Assembly (NCBI RefSeq): GCF_000143415.4 | Contig: NW_003314298.1 | Span: forward strand, 958,972 to 1,022,971 | Reading direction: 5' to 3' | DNA from: Selaginella moellendorffii | Lineage: Eukaryota > Plantae > Lycopodiophyta | DNA length: 64,000 nt | Part shown: piece by piece, positions 50,874 through 64,000 of the stretch | Numbering within the stretch: position 1 is the stretch's first letter | Layout: each line of letters starts with the position of its first letter | The notes under the pieces: model-generated | Database searches by the model: none | Seen by the model: the letters and a program-made list of their open reading frames with translations, nothing else | Told to the model about the DNA's origin: nothing | Translations under genes and position numbers: made by a program

Positions 50874-53800
50874 TAGCCATCCCATAACCACACTTTAGCA
50901 TCTTTAAGATGCCCCAAGATATAAGGAACACCATCCTTCAATATCCCTACTTCAGTCTCCACCAAATCCCCTCCATCTATAGTAGTGCTTACAAACACCA
51001 TTACCAATCTAGGGCTCGAAGGCTCATCCATTATACCCCATTAACCTTTAGGACTTCTTCACCACATAAACATACTCTTGGTTACTAAGTGAGAGGACCA
51101 CTCCTTTTTCTTTCCATAGTTTAAGATTTTGGGACGACATTTTAAAACACCACAACCCAATGTGAGCCTCGTAGGTACTCCCCTCACCTTCCACCACTAA
51201 AGTGCCCTAACTATATAGCTAGAGCAAGGTTCTAATGAGCCACAGAAGGTATCCAAGTAAGTAGTACCACTCACATTTGGATTAAAAGCATTGATTATCT
51301 TATTTCCTAAAGGAGCTAAAGTCGACTCTTGAACAATTCACCCACTTGTCCATTTGTGTTCACTTTAACTTTGGACTCTACAATAGTTATATCATTATCC
51401 ACCACATGAGTGTAACCTTCCTTAGTTATACTAACCTTTCTTAGCCAAATTAGTTCCATTGGAGTCCTTCCCCTCACTATCCCACAAGAACTCACTAAAC
51501 CCCTTAAGCTTTGGGAGATGATTGCTTTGGGCTTTCACCTCCAGATGGACTCGGGCTTCAGATTCGGACTTGGACTTAAACTTGATCTCACGGTCTCAAA
51601 CTCAATTTTGGTTTCGAACTCGGTCTCAATCTTAGTCTTGGTCTCAGTCTTAATCTTAGTCTTGGACTCCTTCTCAGACTCCATCTCGACTCCATCTCAG
51701 ATTCCATCTGAGACTCCTTCTTGAACTTCATTTTAAACTTAGTCCCGATATTTTCATGTGTCACGACACTTACCATGTGTTAGTTTCTTTTATGTCCCTT
51801 TCTAGAGACTCACTTATTGATCACTTCGTGCTCTTTCCTTGAACACTTCATTAAAAATTTCACTTGACTTTTTGAATTAAAGCTTTTAGTCTAAACATAT
51901 TGGACTTCCACTTTAGCCATTAGCATATGGCACCCTTTTAGCCACTTTGGGGCTTAGGGATTTATGGTTTACACTCAACTAGTTCAAGTGGGAAATATAA
52001 AGGGAATTAGTAGTATCAATCTCTTGCCATTATAGCAATAATGAGAAAGTGTTTGTAAGAATTAGCAAACAAATATTTTTCAATACCCAAGATCATATTG
52101 ATTAATGATTGCTTGTCATGATGGCTTGCTCCTTTCAATAGAAGATTTGATTCCCAAATACAAGGTTTTCATGGGTTTTTTCAGAAAAGGGATTGATGTT
52201 GTTGGATACATGCTCAAATCCTCAAAGAGCGTGTTAGCTAGAATTCATGAAATAGCCATACATGCCACCCTTAAATTTGAGCTATAGCATAAGTTAGGTA
52301 CATTGCTTGATTCAAAGTATTTTGTGCCAGATCTTGATGAATATCTTGAAGGTACTGAGCACTAACTAACCTCTAGGAATTTTGACAGTCTTTGTGCGCT
52401 AAAGTTCTATGGATTGGTTGCTCTATTGTGGGATTTATCAATACTAAATGGTAATACACTTTAGTTATTTTAATGTTCATTCGTTTCCTTTCATTGTGGG
52501 AGATTTACACAGTTCTTAAAAGGATGTGTGCCAACTTTGAAGAGCATTTACAAAATGAGATATACAATTTCTTTTCTATTGCATATTGATTGCTTTGTAC
52601 CTTCTATCATGCTAAGATAACTTTTCTTATATTCAAGTGATTCATATTATTTTCATTGATTTGATCATTACTATCAAGTTTTATTCCATTCATATATTGT
52701 GCAAATTCAGAGTCATTTGGAATGACATTTGTGATCCCTTTCCAAATTCACTTCTATAACACGTGTTACCATTCTATTAATCCAAACAATGTCATAACCA
52801 CTGTGACAACTATTGCATACACAACTGAAGCATACAAATGGGCATTAGATGTGCAATTGCAAAGCACTGCATGCCATATCATTGCCACATTTGCCAGATC
52901 ACTATTGCCATGTCAGCCAATTAACATGTTTTGATACATAAGCAAAATTTAGTTTTAATGTTTAGCTAGGGAAAGGGTGGGTGATTGGCAAAACTATTGC
53001 TACTGTGAGGTAGAGGACAGTGAGATGCCATGGAGGAAGCTCTACATGCAATGGGGATGCCCACACATGAGAATGTGATAATGCTTAATGGCTAAAAGTG
53101 GGCAATTTCATTGCTGCAATTGGTGTGGATCAGAGTAGATTCGATTGGCATTTCAAGAGCATATGAAAGAGTGTATCTAATCGAGAGTGTAAAAAAATAT
53201 CTAGGGAAGATGATGAAATTACTAAAATACTAAGCAATTAGAGACGAAAAAAAATTTATATTAAATATAAAACCTTATTTTTAGTCTAGAGCTCACTAAA
53301 GGATGAAAAACAATTGATTGAGGGTCCATCTGGGGGGATCCACGGCTTGACACTTGATCAATTAAACAGAAGTAGTGCTAGACACTTAGTGCAATGCCAA
53401 ACTCAGCCATGTCCTGGAAATACCCATGCCACTGGTCGATCTCTCTGGTGTGGCTGCAAGCTGAGAGGATCCGCTGGCTCGGGCTTACAAGCTCTCGCCC
53501 CTCATTCTCTGGATCGAACTTCTTGAGACTCCAGTTGAGCTTTTCCGGTTTGACACTGAGTGAAGCAGTGGATCTTCTGGAGACTCTACAGCAGTAGTGC
53601 GACCAGTGCGGTCTTCAGCTCGTCCAGCAGTATCATTATATCAATGCAGGGGGAGTATCTTTAGGATGGATCAGATCGAGGGGGGAATCCAGGTGAAACT
53701 CACAGTGTTCATATATATGTAAGAATAGTGAGCAATACACAGTGTGTTTTTCGTATACAGTGGCTAGGTTCATCATTCTTGACTGTCGAGAAAGAGAGTG

Positions 53801-54775
53801 ATAAAGTGGAGACGAGGTCATGACCGAGAGAGACATCGATAAACTCGTCTATAGTCAATTAAAGGTTTACAAAGTGCTTTTTCCTGGTTCTCTTCTCGTC
53901 CCCGCTGCCAGCTGAGTTACACGAAAAAAAATTCTTCAAGAATATAGGAGGCAATGCTTCATGTCCGCATATAACTTCAAAAAGATGCTCGAGATCATAA
54001 TGCACCATCCCCTACCTTCGCATATGATCCAGGATTTTGAGGAAAATCTTGTATGCCGTGCTTTACCTTAGCGAGATCTTGGAGCGCTGGAGTGGATCTT
54101 ATCTGGCACCCTTCTCAAACCTCACACCAACTTTTCTTATTTTCTAGATTGCTTAAATATTTGTTTTGGAAATGATTAGTTTGCATTTTAATCTTTTTCT
54201 TAGTTTGCATTATTGTTAAAATAATTTGGCAGATCGTAAAACATATATAGATCAACATTGTGAACCTGCTCGCGAGTGGCGGCTTATGCCTGGAATGACA
54301 TATGGTCTTGATGGAGATGATGCTGCCACGGATGGAGATCCAAAACTTTGTGTTATAAAACATGCTCTGGATCAAAAAAGAACTTTCAGAAGATGTCGCA
54401 GCTCTGCCTCGACCTTATTGCGGCATTTGCCAGTGGAGGTATTTGGATAGATCTGGGATCCCGTGCCACAAGGCTGGGACCAATGGCTAGATAGAAGAAG
54501 TCGAAGTGTCTGTTTGAACGCGATGATCACTGCCTAGCAAGGCTTGATGTTGATCTCCTGGAACGTCTTGATTGGAGGGAGAGATCGATCAAACTGACAC
54601 GGAGAGGAACACAATTTCACGAGCGATCTCTCCAACTTTCGCTTTATTGTCGGTCTTTAGTTGATTGGAACATCTATTGTTCTTATGTAAATAAGAACCT
54701 GAAAAAAAAAAAAAAAAAGAGGACAAATTAATACATTAGAAGGTTTACAAAGTTTACAAAGTAGGATAGCTTTGA

Positions 54776-56038
54776 TCAGAGGCTCAAAGTCGACAGCTCT
54801 TTCACCGGATCAAAGCTCTTCTCGTTGCCAAAGGCGCTCCTCTGGAAACGCTGCAGCGAGAAGAGCTCGAGAGGCACTTCCGGCGACGCCCCACTCTCGG
54901 CCAGATCCGCCATCACCTTTCCAACCAACGGAGCCATCTTGAATCCATGCCCGGAGAACCCCGCCGCCACCAGCACTTGCTCCTGGGTTCCCGGAAGAAC
55001 ATCCAGGATGAAGTCCTGATCCGGGGTCATCGAGTACATGCAAGCCTCCGCCATGGCTGGAGCATCGCACCTCACATTCTTCCCGAAGGCCCTCTCCATC
55101 CATGGCGACATGATCCTCTTGAGCTCCTCCACGTCCGGGATGTAGCAGCGATCGTCGGCATCGCAAGGAGTTCCACCATGAATGGAGGCCTTGATCAATC
55201 CCGGGAACTCCAGCGATGGAGTTCCATAGAAGTACTTCTCGTTGTAGAAGGCAAAGGTTGGAAAGCCATTCCCTGCCAGGAACTCTGCGTGCTTGGATCG
55301 ATCACTTACTTCCCAGTAGGCGATCGTCGTGTGTAGAGGCTGGACCGGAAGAACCAGCCCAAAGTTCTCCTCCACGATCCTTGGAACCCATGCACCACTC
55401 GCGATGATACACTTCTTTGCCAGCACTGATCCCTTGCCTGTCGCGACCAGCACCGATTTCTCCCCGCGCGAGTCCTTCCATCCGGGGGAGATCTTCGTGA
55501 CCCTGGCATTGTCGCGGACGATCGCCCCGTGCCTGGTAGCCAGCGCCAAGAACATCGCGCACGCCTTGGTGGCGCGCAAAACCCCAGCTTCTTCCGTCCA
55601 CACTCCGATGCAGCCCTCTGGAAGATCGAGAATCCCTGCGATCCGGGGCTGCTTCTGGCGAAATCCCTCGCGGCCGAAGACCTGGTGGTGGATCCCGTGC
55701 TCCCGGCACGCCGCGATTAGCTGCTGGAGCCCTGGATGGTCGGCGGCACCGAAATCTAGCTGCCCTGTGCGCTTGTAGACCTCAAATCCGGCCTCCCGCT
55801 GAGCGGATTTCCAGAGATCCAACGCCGATCGGGCCATGAGCGTGTAGTAGCTCTCCGGATAGGTGAGGCGCAGCGTGCGCGACTCGCCGTGTGACGAGCC
55901 CCTGCGGTGCAGCAGATCGAATTGCTCCAGTATGATCACGCTCTTACCTCTCCGGGCGAGCTCGTAGGCGGTGCACAGCCCCATGATCCCAGCTCCAACA
56001 ATCGCAGCGTCGAAACATCCCTCTAACGCTTCCTCCAT
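54776..56038 (-). CDS. SOX: Sarcosine oxidase / L-pipecolate oxidase (MSOX/MTOX family FAD oxidoreductase), intronless, 420 aa
   Basis: N-terminal GAGIMG dinucleotide-binding motif, RGSSHGESR, EACMYSMTPD (flavinylation Cys position) and GFSGHGFKMAP. Intact GC-rich ORF. Confidence 0.95.
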   Translation of the reverse strand: MEEALEGCFDAAIVGAGIMGLCTAYELARRGKSVIILEQFDLLHRRGSSHGESRTLRLTYPESYYTLMARSALDLWKSAQREAGFEVYKRTGQLDFGAADHPGLQQLIAACREHGIHHQVFGREGFRQKQPRIAGILDLPEGCIGVWTEEAGVLRATKACAMFLALATRHGAIVRDNARVTKISPGWKDSRGEKSVLVATGKGSVLAKKCIIASGAWVPRIVEENFGLVLPVQPLHTTIAYWEVSDRSKHAEFLAGNGFPTFAFYNEKYFYGTPSLEFPGLIKASIHGGTPCDADDRCYIPDVEELKRIMSPWMERAFGKNVRCDAPAMAEACMYSMTPDQDFILDVLPGTQEQVLVAAGFSGHGFKMAPLVGKVMADLAESGASPEVPLELFSLQRFQRSAFGNEKSFDPVKELSTLSL

Positions 56039-56659
56039 TGCTCTCTAGAACCCTTACGAACGAAGGATTAGGGTTCTTTCATATCATTACGTCTCACTAG
56101 AGCTCTTAAGCGGCCACATTTCTGTCTACCAATGGCCATGCACACGTCCAAGCAGCAGTATTGAATTAAGTTTCTGGTGTCACTAAATTTGAAATTTTTA
56201 AGATGGCTTCACACAATCAGATATTCTGAATGTCAACAGTATTGGATTTTGGGTTGAGTTTCTGTTGTTGCCAAATTTGGATATTTTTAAAGAAGTTGCA
56301 GATGGGTATCAGTTGGAGAGAAGATTAGATATTTTGAATGTTAACAGTTTTCCTCTTGCTATGATGTTGTAAATGCTTGAGCTAGTGGCCATCGGAATGC
56401 CTCCCTTGTGACACTGGATGATGTGGGGATCCAACCATCTTAGTGCAAACTTGGATGAAGGTGTGAAATCCTTGAGAAAAACTAAGTCATCTTAATGGTG
56501 TTAAAAAAGCCTGACAATCTCATTGAACCTTGAGTTAGACCTTTTGTGCATAGATGTTCTCCAAAGCTACAAGACATTATTCATCCAGCTCCAAAAGCTC
56601 CCAAGCTTATGCCTGGAGCCACTCCACCTTTCTACCACATATCATGACACAAAGTGGAT

Positions 56660-57200
56660 GGACAGGATTTAAATCTCCACTAAAAAGATAGCCTCTCTCC
56701 CATAGACCAGAAAGTGGAAAGCCAATGGTAAGGTCAAAATATGCATGGACTTTAGATGATTAAACAATGTTTAATCATGGTGGATCCACTGGATAGAGAT
56801 AAGAGAGCATTTTGCAATCTTTGGGGTATACACTAAATCTAATTATGCAGTTTAAACTCGTCCTTGAACGACTTTACTTTATAATGCTCCTTTTGAGTGG
56901 ACTTACCACCACTAGACTGTTGAGTTGCTCAAACAAGCTATTCAATTGGCATCAATCTTGTGGCCATCAATATACACAAGACTATTTGAGATCTTTGTCA
57001 TAATTGAGGAGGCTAGCATCAACACAACAAACTGGCACAATGCTGGACACCCAGTTTGAATGAGCCACGAGAGGGATCACAAAAAGCTTTTGAATATCCA
57101 TGAGATAAAAAGCTGAGTTATATTGCCATAAACATTAACAAACAGGCCTTGTGTTGTCAAGGAGTTTAATCTTGTGCATAAGAGTGTCCACTTAGGAGCT
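56660..57200. pseudogene. Two convergent, highly decayed Gypsy reverse-transcriptase fragments
   Basis: Plus strand ~56715-56768 reads KANGKVKICMDFR*LNN, and ~56840-56905 is NYA...PFEW-like. Minus strand ~57190-57005 reads HKIKLLDNTRPV...HSNWVSSIVPVCCVDASLLN. Confidence 0.6.
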
Positions 57201-59599
57201 GGTTGTAATCCCGCATGAACACATGAAGCTCTAGAGCAAAGAAATTATCGCAAATGTAATTACAGGTATCAAAAGTTACCTGTTAATGAGTCTTTTCATA
57301 TATTTTTTTATTACTGCTATAATAGTAGAAGATTGATATTGTTAGACCCTTTATTAATTTCCACCTAAGCTAAGAAACTAGTCTTTGTATGTGCAATTGG
57401 TTAGAAGAGCATAAGAACGAAATTTCTAATGCTATTAATTGGTCTTCAAAATGTTGTTCCATGGACACTACCTACTGCCACAAGTCTCTGAAGTGCCTTG
57501 CCAAACTTAATATTCACCATTGAGTTGGCAAGTCATTAGTTGCAAATCTCTCGTGAATTAGACATGCCAAGGCTTGAGTTCTTTTGGCAATTGCATAGCA
57601 CTGATCATGGTCAAGTACTCAACCTCATTCCTAGATGAAGCTGGCAAATATATGGAGAGCTTGACAACTTACTTCTCTTGATCATTGATGATCCATACAC
57701 CAATGTTGCCTTGTCAATATCACAGACACTAGGCTCCATCAAAACCATAAAATGATGAGTGTAAACTTCTCTAAACAAAGGAGAAAGGTCCTTAATGTTG
57801 TCCTTTACCAAGCTCAATTAGATCTCTTAGTACTCTATATCCAAAGTCATAGGAGGCAAGGTTGGGAGAGTTGGTGTTGGCTCTTGGGCTGGATCTTCAT
57901 TGTAAAAGCACGTGCCCACTGAAGGGAGGTCTTTTAGCATGTTAAGTTTTTGATCTTTCACTATGCTAAACTTTTGATCTTCTTGAACCAACGCTCCAAA
58001 AATTGTTTAGCCTAAAAAGGTGGCAACGTGGAAAGATAAATTATAGGTGATGATGGCAAGTTTGTATGATCCAGAAACTTATTATGGAGGTCTAGATGCT
58101 TAAGAGATCCAAGGGAGAGTAGTCAAAGATGCTACCCTCCAAAACCTCCAACTTGAAGCAGCTCTAGAAAAATGATTAGGTCAACTGTCCTTGATGAATA
58201 GGGATGGACTCTTTCTAAACAGCCCAAGGCTATGAATATAGTGCAGACTCAAGTCAATTGTAAAGGTCTTGCCATCCAAAATTGTTGTAGTGCACAGTGC
58301 CAACATATTTATAATCCATCACCTCATGCCAAATGTGACCAAGGATGATGCGGTCATTCCTTTGAGGTGCCCAATTGATCATAACTTTTATGCTCAAAAT
58401 TCATGCAAGGAAATGATATTGCTCTCAAAACTAGAGTTTAAAAGCAGTCCATCTATCGCAGTCCTAATGATCATGATTGACATGACCAAGGCACTTAAAT
58501 CTAGCTAAATTGAACAATCCACCAACTCTTTATGTTCACTATGAGAAGCTGGGGGAGCTTGCAAGTGAGAAAACTGGTCCAGCTGGTTGGCCAAGCCTGG
58601 GACACACTCAAGCAAGTCACAAAGAAAAACCTAGAGCTGAAGTGTCAAAATTTACTCCAACAAGTGTGTTAGAAGTGTAGGTATAATATCTTTAAAAATA
58701 TGTCAAGACTCCTCCTAGTTGAAAAGTAATAGCTAGAACTTAAGATGCCACCACAAATACTAGTAGAAAGGGGAATTGTACTATTGCTAAAGTAAATGTA
58801 GTTTTTGAGCTTGGCTGAGTCTATGTTTGCTCCATGTCAACTATGGTAGGGATTTGCTTCTTCATCCTACCTTGTATGATCGTTACAATGGTGGTTATCA
58901 TGTTAACCCTTGCGATCACCTTGTGACGTCAAGGGAGCCTCAAGAGCTTTCTGCTAAAGCACAGTTTAGTAACCATTTAAGTAGAGACTTGTGTTGTCTG
59001 TAAGTGGTTATGTCATAGCTTGCTATTGCTTCCTAGAATGTTGCTCTAGATTTAACTTTTGGCAATAATCATTATCATAAGTTTGGGAATTGCAATGTGC
59101 TAATGAGAAGAGGCTTATATCCTGAAAGTGCAAAGCTCCTCTAAAAGAAACTCTTCTTGTTGTTGCTAGAGTAAGGTTTTACTCCAATACTTGATACATA
59201 AAATGGGTTTAATAATAATAAAAGTTGATGAATCACATTTTTTTGGAGTCCTCACTTTCAAACTCTATCAAATCATACTAAGCAACCTCATCTTTTGTTG
59301 ATGATGGCATACCATTTACTTCTCTTCTAACACCCTTCGGTGTTGCTAGAGAAGGTATACTATTAGAGCACTTAAAAGTGGTGGTTGCTATCACTCTTAT
59401 TACTTTACAGGACTTCAAATTTCTACAAAGAAATGGTGTTGTGCTAAAATCTATACACACATCACGGCCCCTTATATTGTCTCCAAGTCTACAAAGATCT
59501 CTCCCCTTGGTTAATTCTACCCTAAGGAAAATCTAGTTTTTTACCTTAAAAGGATGGGTTTTAAAGGTGTATTATTTTTATGCCCAGCTCCCTGGAGTG

Positions 59600-60560
59600 G
59601 AGAAGATTTCTTGGATCATTAGAGATGACATCAATATTGGCTATGTGATTGATTTCCTAGAGCAAATGCACCACCACACCATGATCATGAGCTTCAACAA
59701 AGGATCATTGGAGAGGGGTGGAGGAATTATTCTTGCAAGAGGGAGATCACTGCCTTCCAAAAGAGTGAGTTTGTGATGGAGAGGGAGGAGGTATCCAATC
59801 AATTGGTGATCTGTTATGTCTCTCTTGAGATATAAAAGTAGTAGAATATTTATTTTTCTACTATAGTAATAAAGCGTTATATTGTTGAAGCTCTAGTATG
59901 ACTATGTCCATAACAAGAATACAAGAATGGAAGAGCTCACAACTAGTATCAATGATGGCATCTGAGATACTTCTTCAAAGTAGTTGTTCTTTTAATCATT
60001 GGTATTGTGAGCTTGATATTACTAGTGAAGATGGGTGCACTCTAGGCACAAAGGGAGAATCTCCCTTTATGACCCATTTGTGTATAAATAATAATTTATT
60101 TAGATTTATGTGATGCTATGAATTATTACTTAAGGGATAAACTCACTATAAACCTTCTAGAATAACTTATAAATGAAACTTGATGTATGAAAACCAAGGA
60201 GAAAAACTAAGATAGTAAGATAGCTATAGAAACAAAGATGGAAAGATGTATATAGGGATGCAAACAAATGTAGGCTAAAAAACTTTTATTGTCCCAAATG
60301 CATATGTTTACACTATCTTGGCTTTTTTTTTTCATTTTTTGGCTCCTAATATAGCAAGTTAAATCTAGACAATCTTAGAGAAGGAATCCATTAAGAAGTG
60401 GCTCCAGACAATTTGAAAGAAGGAATTCATTAAGAAATGGCTAACACTTAGGGTTCTTGGGAGGTTTTTGATACAGAAAAACATGCTTAAGTAGGACCCA
60501 ATAAGAGTTGGTATGGTAAGAGTGGACCTTGGCAAAAGGAACTTGATTAAAGCCAAGGTA
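59600..60560 (-). pseudogene. Possible ancient Gypsy pol debris
   Basis: PYQLLLG (protease-like) near 60500 and EAHDHG (integrase Zn-finger-like) near 59690; short motifs only. Confidence 0.3.
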
Positions 60561-61653
60561 AAAATACTTGTGGCAAATTGTAAAAAGAACATTTATAACT
60601 TACACTATATTCCCAACTGAAATCATATGTGACCACATACCATTGCATCTACCTAATGGACACTTCAAGCCTTGGGTGAGTTTACCTTTAATTCTGAAAA
60701 AAAAAGTGGGGTTTCTAAGTAAGAGATGCACTCAAGGCTTGGGATTTAGAGGGGACAATCCCAACTGTGTGGCTTTTGGTGAGGTTCACTTCATACTCCC
60801 AGGTGAGTTCTTTCCTATAAAGAAAAGAAAAGAAATGCTACACAAAGATCTTACCTAATTTACTTTTCTTTGGTTTTGTTCTTTTGTTCTTTTGTAATGT
60901 TGGAAAGGATTCCAAATGTCACCACTATTGCCAAGCCAATTGTGCTCATTGAGAAGATCATCAAGATGGACAAACTATTATCACCCTTTATTGCTATTGC
61001 AATTGGCTTGTTAGAACCATCCTCTATAATTAATCTTGTCATAGTTTATCAGCCACTTTAAAAGGTTATACCTGACTTTTCTATGTCCTTTGTTCGCACT
61101 AGTGTGGCTTGCTCTTGACTACCATCACTCCCCCAGAAAGCAATGGTCACACATTAGTCAAAGTAACAAATTTACATTAGTCACATAGGACGGAGCTTGG
61201 GCTTTTTGTGTAAGTGGGAGTATGGGCATCCATGATGTGTAGAAATACACTTATAATTTTGGAAATGCTGTAAAAAGAGTTGAGAGTGAAAATTGTCTTC
61301 AAGATCATCCTAGTGCAGGATTACTATATGAATGCTATGATATGAGGGTAAGCCAAGCTAGGTATTGTGGTGTTGTATTGGATTTTTGCCTTATGGCTGA
61401 GTCTTTTGAATGTCCAGCTCCACAATGAGAGCATCACAAACATTAGTGAAGATGGTGCTGTTCTAAAGGTCTACAAGAGCATGGGATGCTACAAGAAAGT
61501 GACTAGCAAGGTGCTAGCAAGTGCCATCTTTGACACCAAGTTCCTTTGCATGGACTGGCTCAAGAAAAACTTGTATCAGACTAGCTACCATTGTATTCTA
61601 TCTGGAATTTGTGAGCTGGGGGATTCAAACCGATCCTATGTGCTGAGGTATGA

Positions 61654-63428
61654 CTAGTTAGGCTGTGTGGAGATTGATCTACTAAAGGTTAGTCCCAACA
61701 ATACACTACTCACAAAACAATCTCTACATTCAAAAATTAAGCCCATACCAAGGATAAGGTTAAAAGCTTGATTTGACACCACCAACAATAATTGCAACCC
61801 AAGCTCAAGATCGCCCACATGCACAACCAGGTCCACCTCATCCCATGCACATGCATATGTATGGCCATTGCCATAAAGAATGAAAACGGGTTCTGCCGCA
61901 CGACACAAGTGTAACGGCAACGTATGGCAATAGGTCGAGCAATAGAAGATAAACTCGAACTTGTATCAACCAACACAGAGAGAATAATAAGAGACCTCTT
62001 GTTATAAAAACGAGCTTGGAAAGTAAACACTGCATGAACTGGTCCCAAGTGAACCCCTTGATAATACTCCTGAAAGAAAGATGAAGGGGTCACTGACTTA
62101 TTCGCGCAAGGTCTCTCTATTACTCGCGTGACTCCTCATTTCCCAGATGCATCTCAGTGTCCAAACCTTCCACTACAACAGCACCAACAGGACATTGTTG
62201 ACACCAAGGTCTCCACCCAGGAAATGGAGGTCGCCAATCCGAAAAACGCCAACAATGCCGATAAATGTGACCAACTTCATCATATGCCTAACAATGAACA
62301 TCATGGCCACGACCACATCCTCATCCTTGTCCTTGGACTCAAGCAGCAGCAACATCAACCTCCATTGGAACATGACCATCGCTCACAGGAAGTAGAGCGG
62401 AAGGATGTGCAGCAAGAAGTGGAAGAGGCGACGTCTCATAACATTATGCCAAGCAAAGAGCATCGTCAAGGGTGGCTGGAGCAACTACATGCACAAGTCC
62501 AACAAGATCTTGACGAAGTGCTGGCCATAACATTCTTAGCTTGATCCGCTCCGAGGCTCTGCACGAAGCAAAGGGCTTTGGAAACGAATGCCAGATTGCA
62601 TCACTGACTCAAATGGCCCTTGACGAAGATGATGCAATTGCTAAAAGGCATTATTACAATCGTCAGCATGTCCAAATACATGTTTGAAGACATCCAGGAG
62701 AACACTCCAATCCCCACGAGTGGCTACACTCAAATCATTGTACCACTGCAGCACCGTCCCTTAGAAACACGTAAGAAACTCACACAAATGTCAAACATCA
62801 TCCCAAAAATGATATGTGGCAGATCAAACTAATGGTACATATCATCCCTAGGATTCCCACGAAAGAACTCCGGCCGAACGCAAGGATTGGTACCAAGAGC
62901 AAGAGAAGTTGGACCACGTGTCTTGAATACTGCCATCAATTGAGTTTGATTATTCAATTGCAAGCGCATAGCATCAAATAATTGTACCAACTACTACTCC
63001 ATAGTCAAAGGAAAAGATTGCTAATCTACCATGAATATGAATGAAAAGGAAAGAGTAAATGAAGAGAAATGACAAAAAGCTAGAAGGAAAAGGAGATCTA
63101 AACAATGTAAAAAGCTAAATCAAAACCAAACTTCTGAAAGGAAAGAATAAAAGAAAGGAAATAGAAAAAGCTAAATCTAGACGATACAAAAACTAAATTT
63201 AAACCAAAATCCCAAATCTAAACACTATTTAAGATAATTAAAAGGTGCCTTTCACCTCCACCAATGTGAGTGCATGGAATATAGAAAAGGGAATACAGAA
63301 AATATGCTTATCAATTAGCCCAAAAGCCTTAGATTATATATAGGAGTGAATGGTCCAGATTGAAACCAATCTAACTACTACCAAAATCCCACTATACTAA
63401 TATTAGTATATGGCATCGTATCCATACA
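61654..63428 (-). mobile_element. Gypsy family D 5' portion: LTR D (63265-63428), PBS, degenerate gag, CCHC knuckle and aspartic protease
   Basis: PBS TGGTGGAGGTG beside the LTR. Gag-like PEFFRGNPRDD...LQWYND...W..L...F...FG...LHHLRQGPFESV; knuckle C*AYDEVGHIYRHC; protease-like LVDTSSSLS and YGNG...FNLILGM. Confidence 0.8.
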
Positions 63429-64000
63429 CTTGCCTCTCACAAACATTTATATATTAAACATATAATGAGAATAATGTTTATCCCTTAGCACAGTTTGTAA
63501 TACTAAATAAAATTGTTAATATTTTTTAATAGACATGTCACTTTTGACTAAAGATGATTGCTATTGGAGCAAAATTCTTGGGTTTGCATTTGGAGCAAAT
63601 TTTGGTTCTTTGGTTCTAAAAGAACAAGAAAATCCATTTCTTGGATATATGTTCTACTCGATCTCCCCCACAAATCATTGACAAGCTCCTCTAGGAAAGA
63701 TCCACAAAGTGAAAGTAGGAGACATCGAGCCAATTGCATCGTGGAAACCACAAAGAAGTGTTCCTCTCCGGCATGGAGTTAAAGATCTTGCAGCTCTACT
63801 CCGCGGTTGTAAACACCAATAAAGACGCTCATAGCATGGATTGTGTTCAAACAGACACTTCGACCTCTTCTATCTATCTTGGCTTAAAAACGCTCAACAA
63901 CGCAGAATAATCGAAGATCTCAAGCGCGGCATTCGATCAAAGATGGTCAAAAGCTTTCTTGGCTAGCCATCACCTGGAAGATCGAGTGGCTCTCTTCTAC

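Larger units (their letters stand above)
46470..51973 (-). mobile_element. Older truncated family-B element (B3): partial internal region + 5' LTR 49131-51973, carrying three nested insertions
   Basis: Colinear but diverged relative to B2 (~40470-43849). Interrupted by Cassandra 48193-48973, TRIM-E 49340-50575 and a Cassandra solo LTR 50680-50873. Confidence 0.8.

Noticed and set aside
54226-54530. Kelch-like fragment (EWRLMPGM; EVFG*IWDP..W)
   Set aside because: Motifs too short and interrupted to support a call.
54702-54718. Poly-A run as evidence that SOX is a retrocopy
   Set aside because: It reads poly-T on the gene's sense strand and no TSD is seen.
54810-55778. Multiple ORFs overlapping the oxidase gene
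   Set aside because: Alternative-frame or antisense products of a GC-rich CDS.
62128-62544. 138-aa Gln/His-rich plus-strand ORF
   Set aside because: Antisense to the degenerate gag.

Overview
Eukaryotic, repeat-dense land-plant DNA. The short GT-AG introns, TTTAGGG repeat, plant-type sarcosine oxidase and CVNH lectin suggest a lycophyte or fern such as Selaginella, which is inference only. Two host genes are supported: a two-exon secreted cyanovirin-N-homology (CVNH) protein (14113-14556 +) and an intronless sarcosine/pipecolate oxidase (54776-56038 -). Most of the rest is nested, non-autonomous or decayed LTR retroelements. These are large-LTR families A and B, 5S-rRNA-bearing Cassandra TRIMs, a second TRIM family E, and Gypsy gag/AP/RT/IN remnants with a short LTR D. 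The most unusual object is a >8 kb TIR DNA transposon present twice (2893-11119 and, deleted, 30783-34439). It encodes a Sola/DUF7869-like DDD transposase and, divergently, a ParB/Srx-like domain protein followed by an FCP1/NIF-like HAD phosphatase domain. It carries about 14 copies of a 22-bp palindrome (ATGGCATGAGGCCTCATGCCAT), a layout reminiscent of ParB/parS. All domain calls are by-eye motif recognition; no searches were run.
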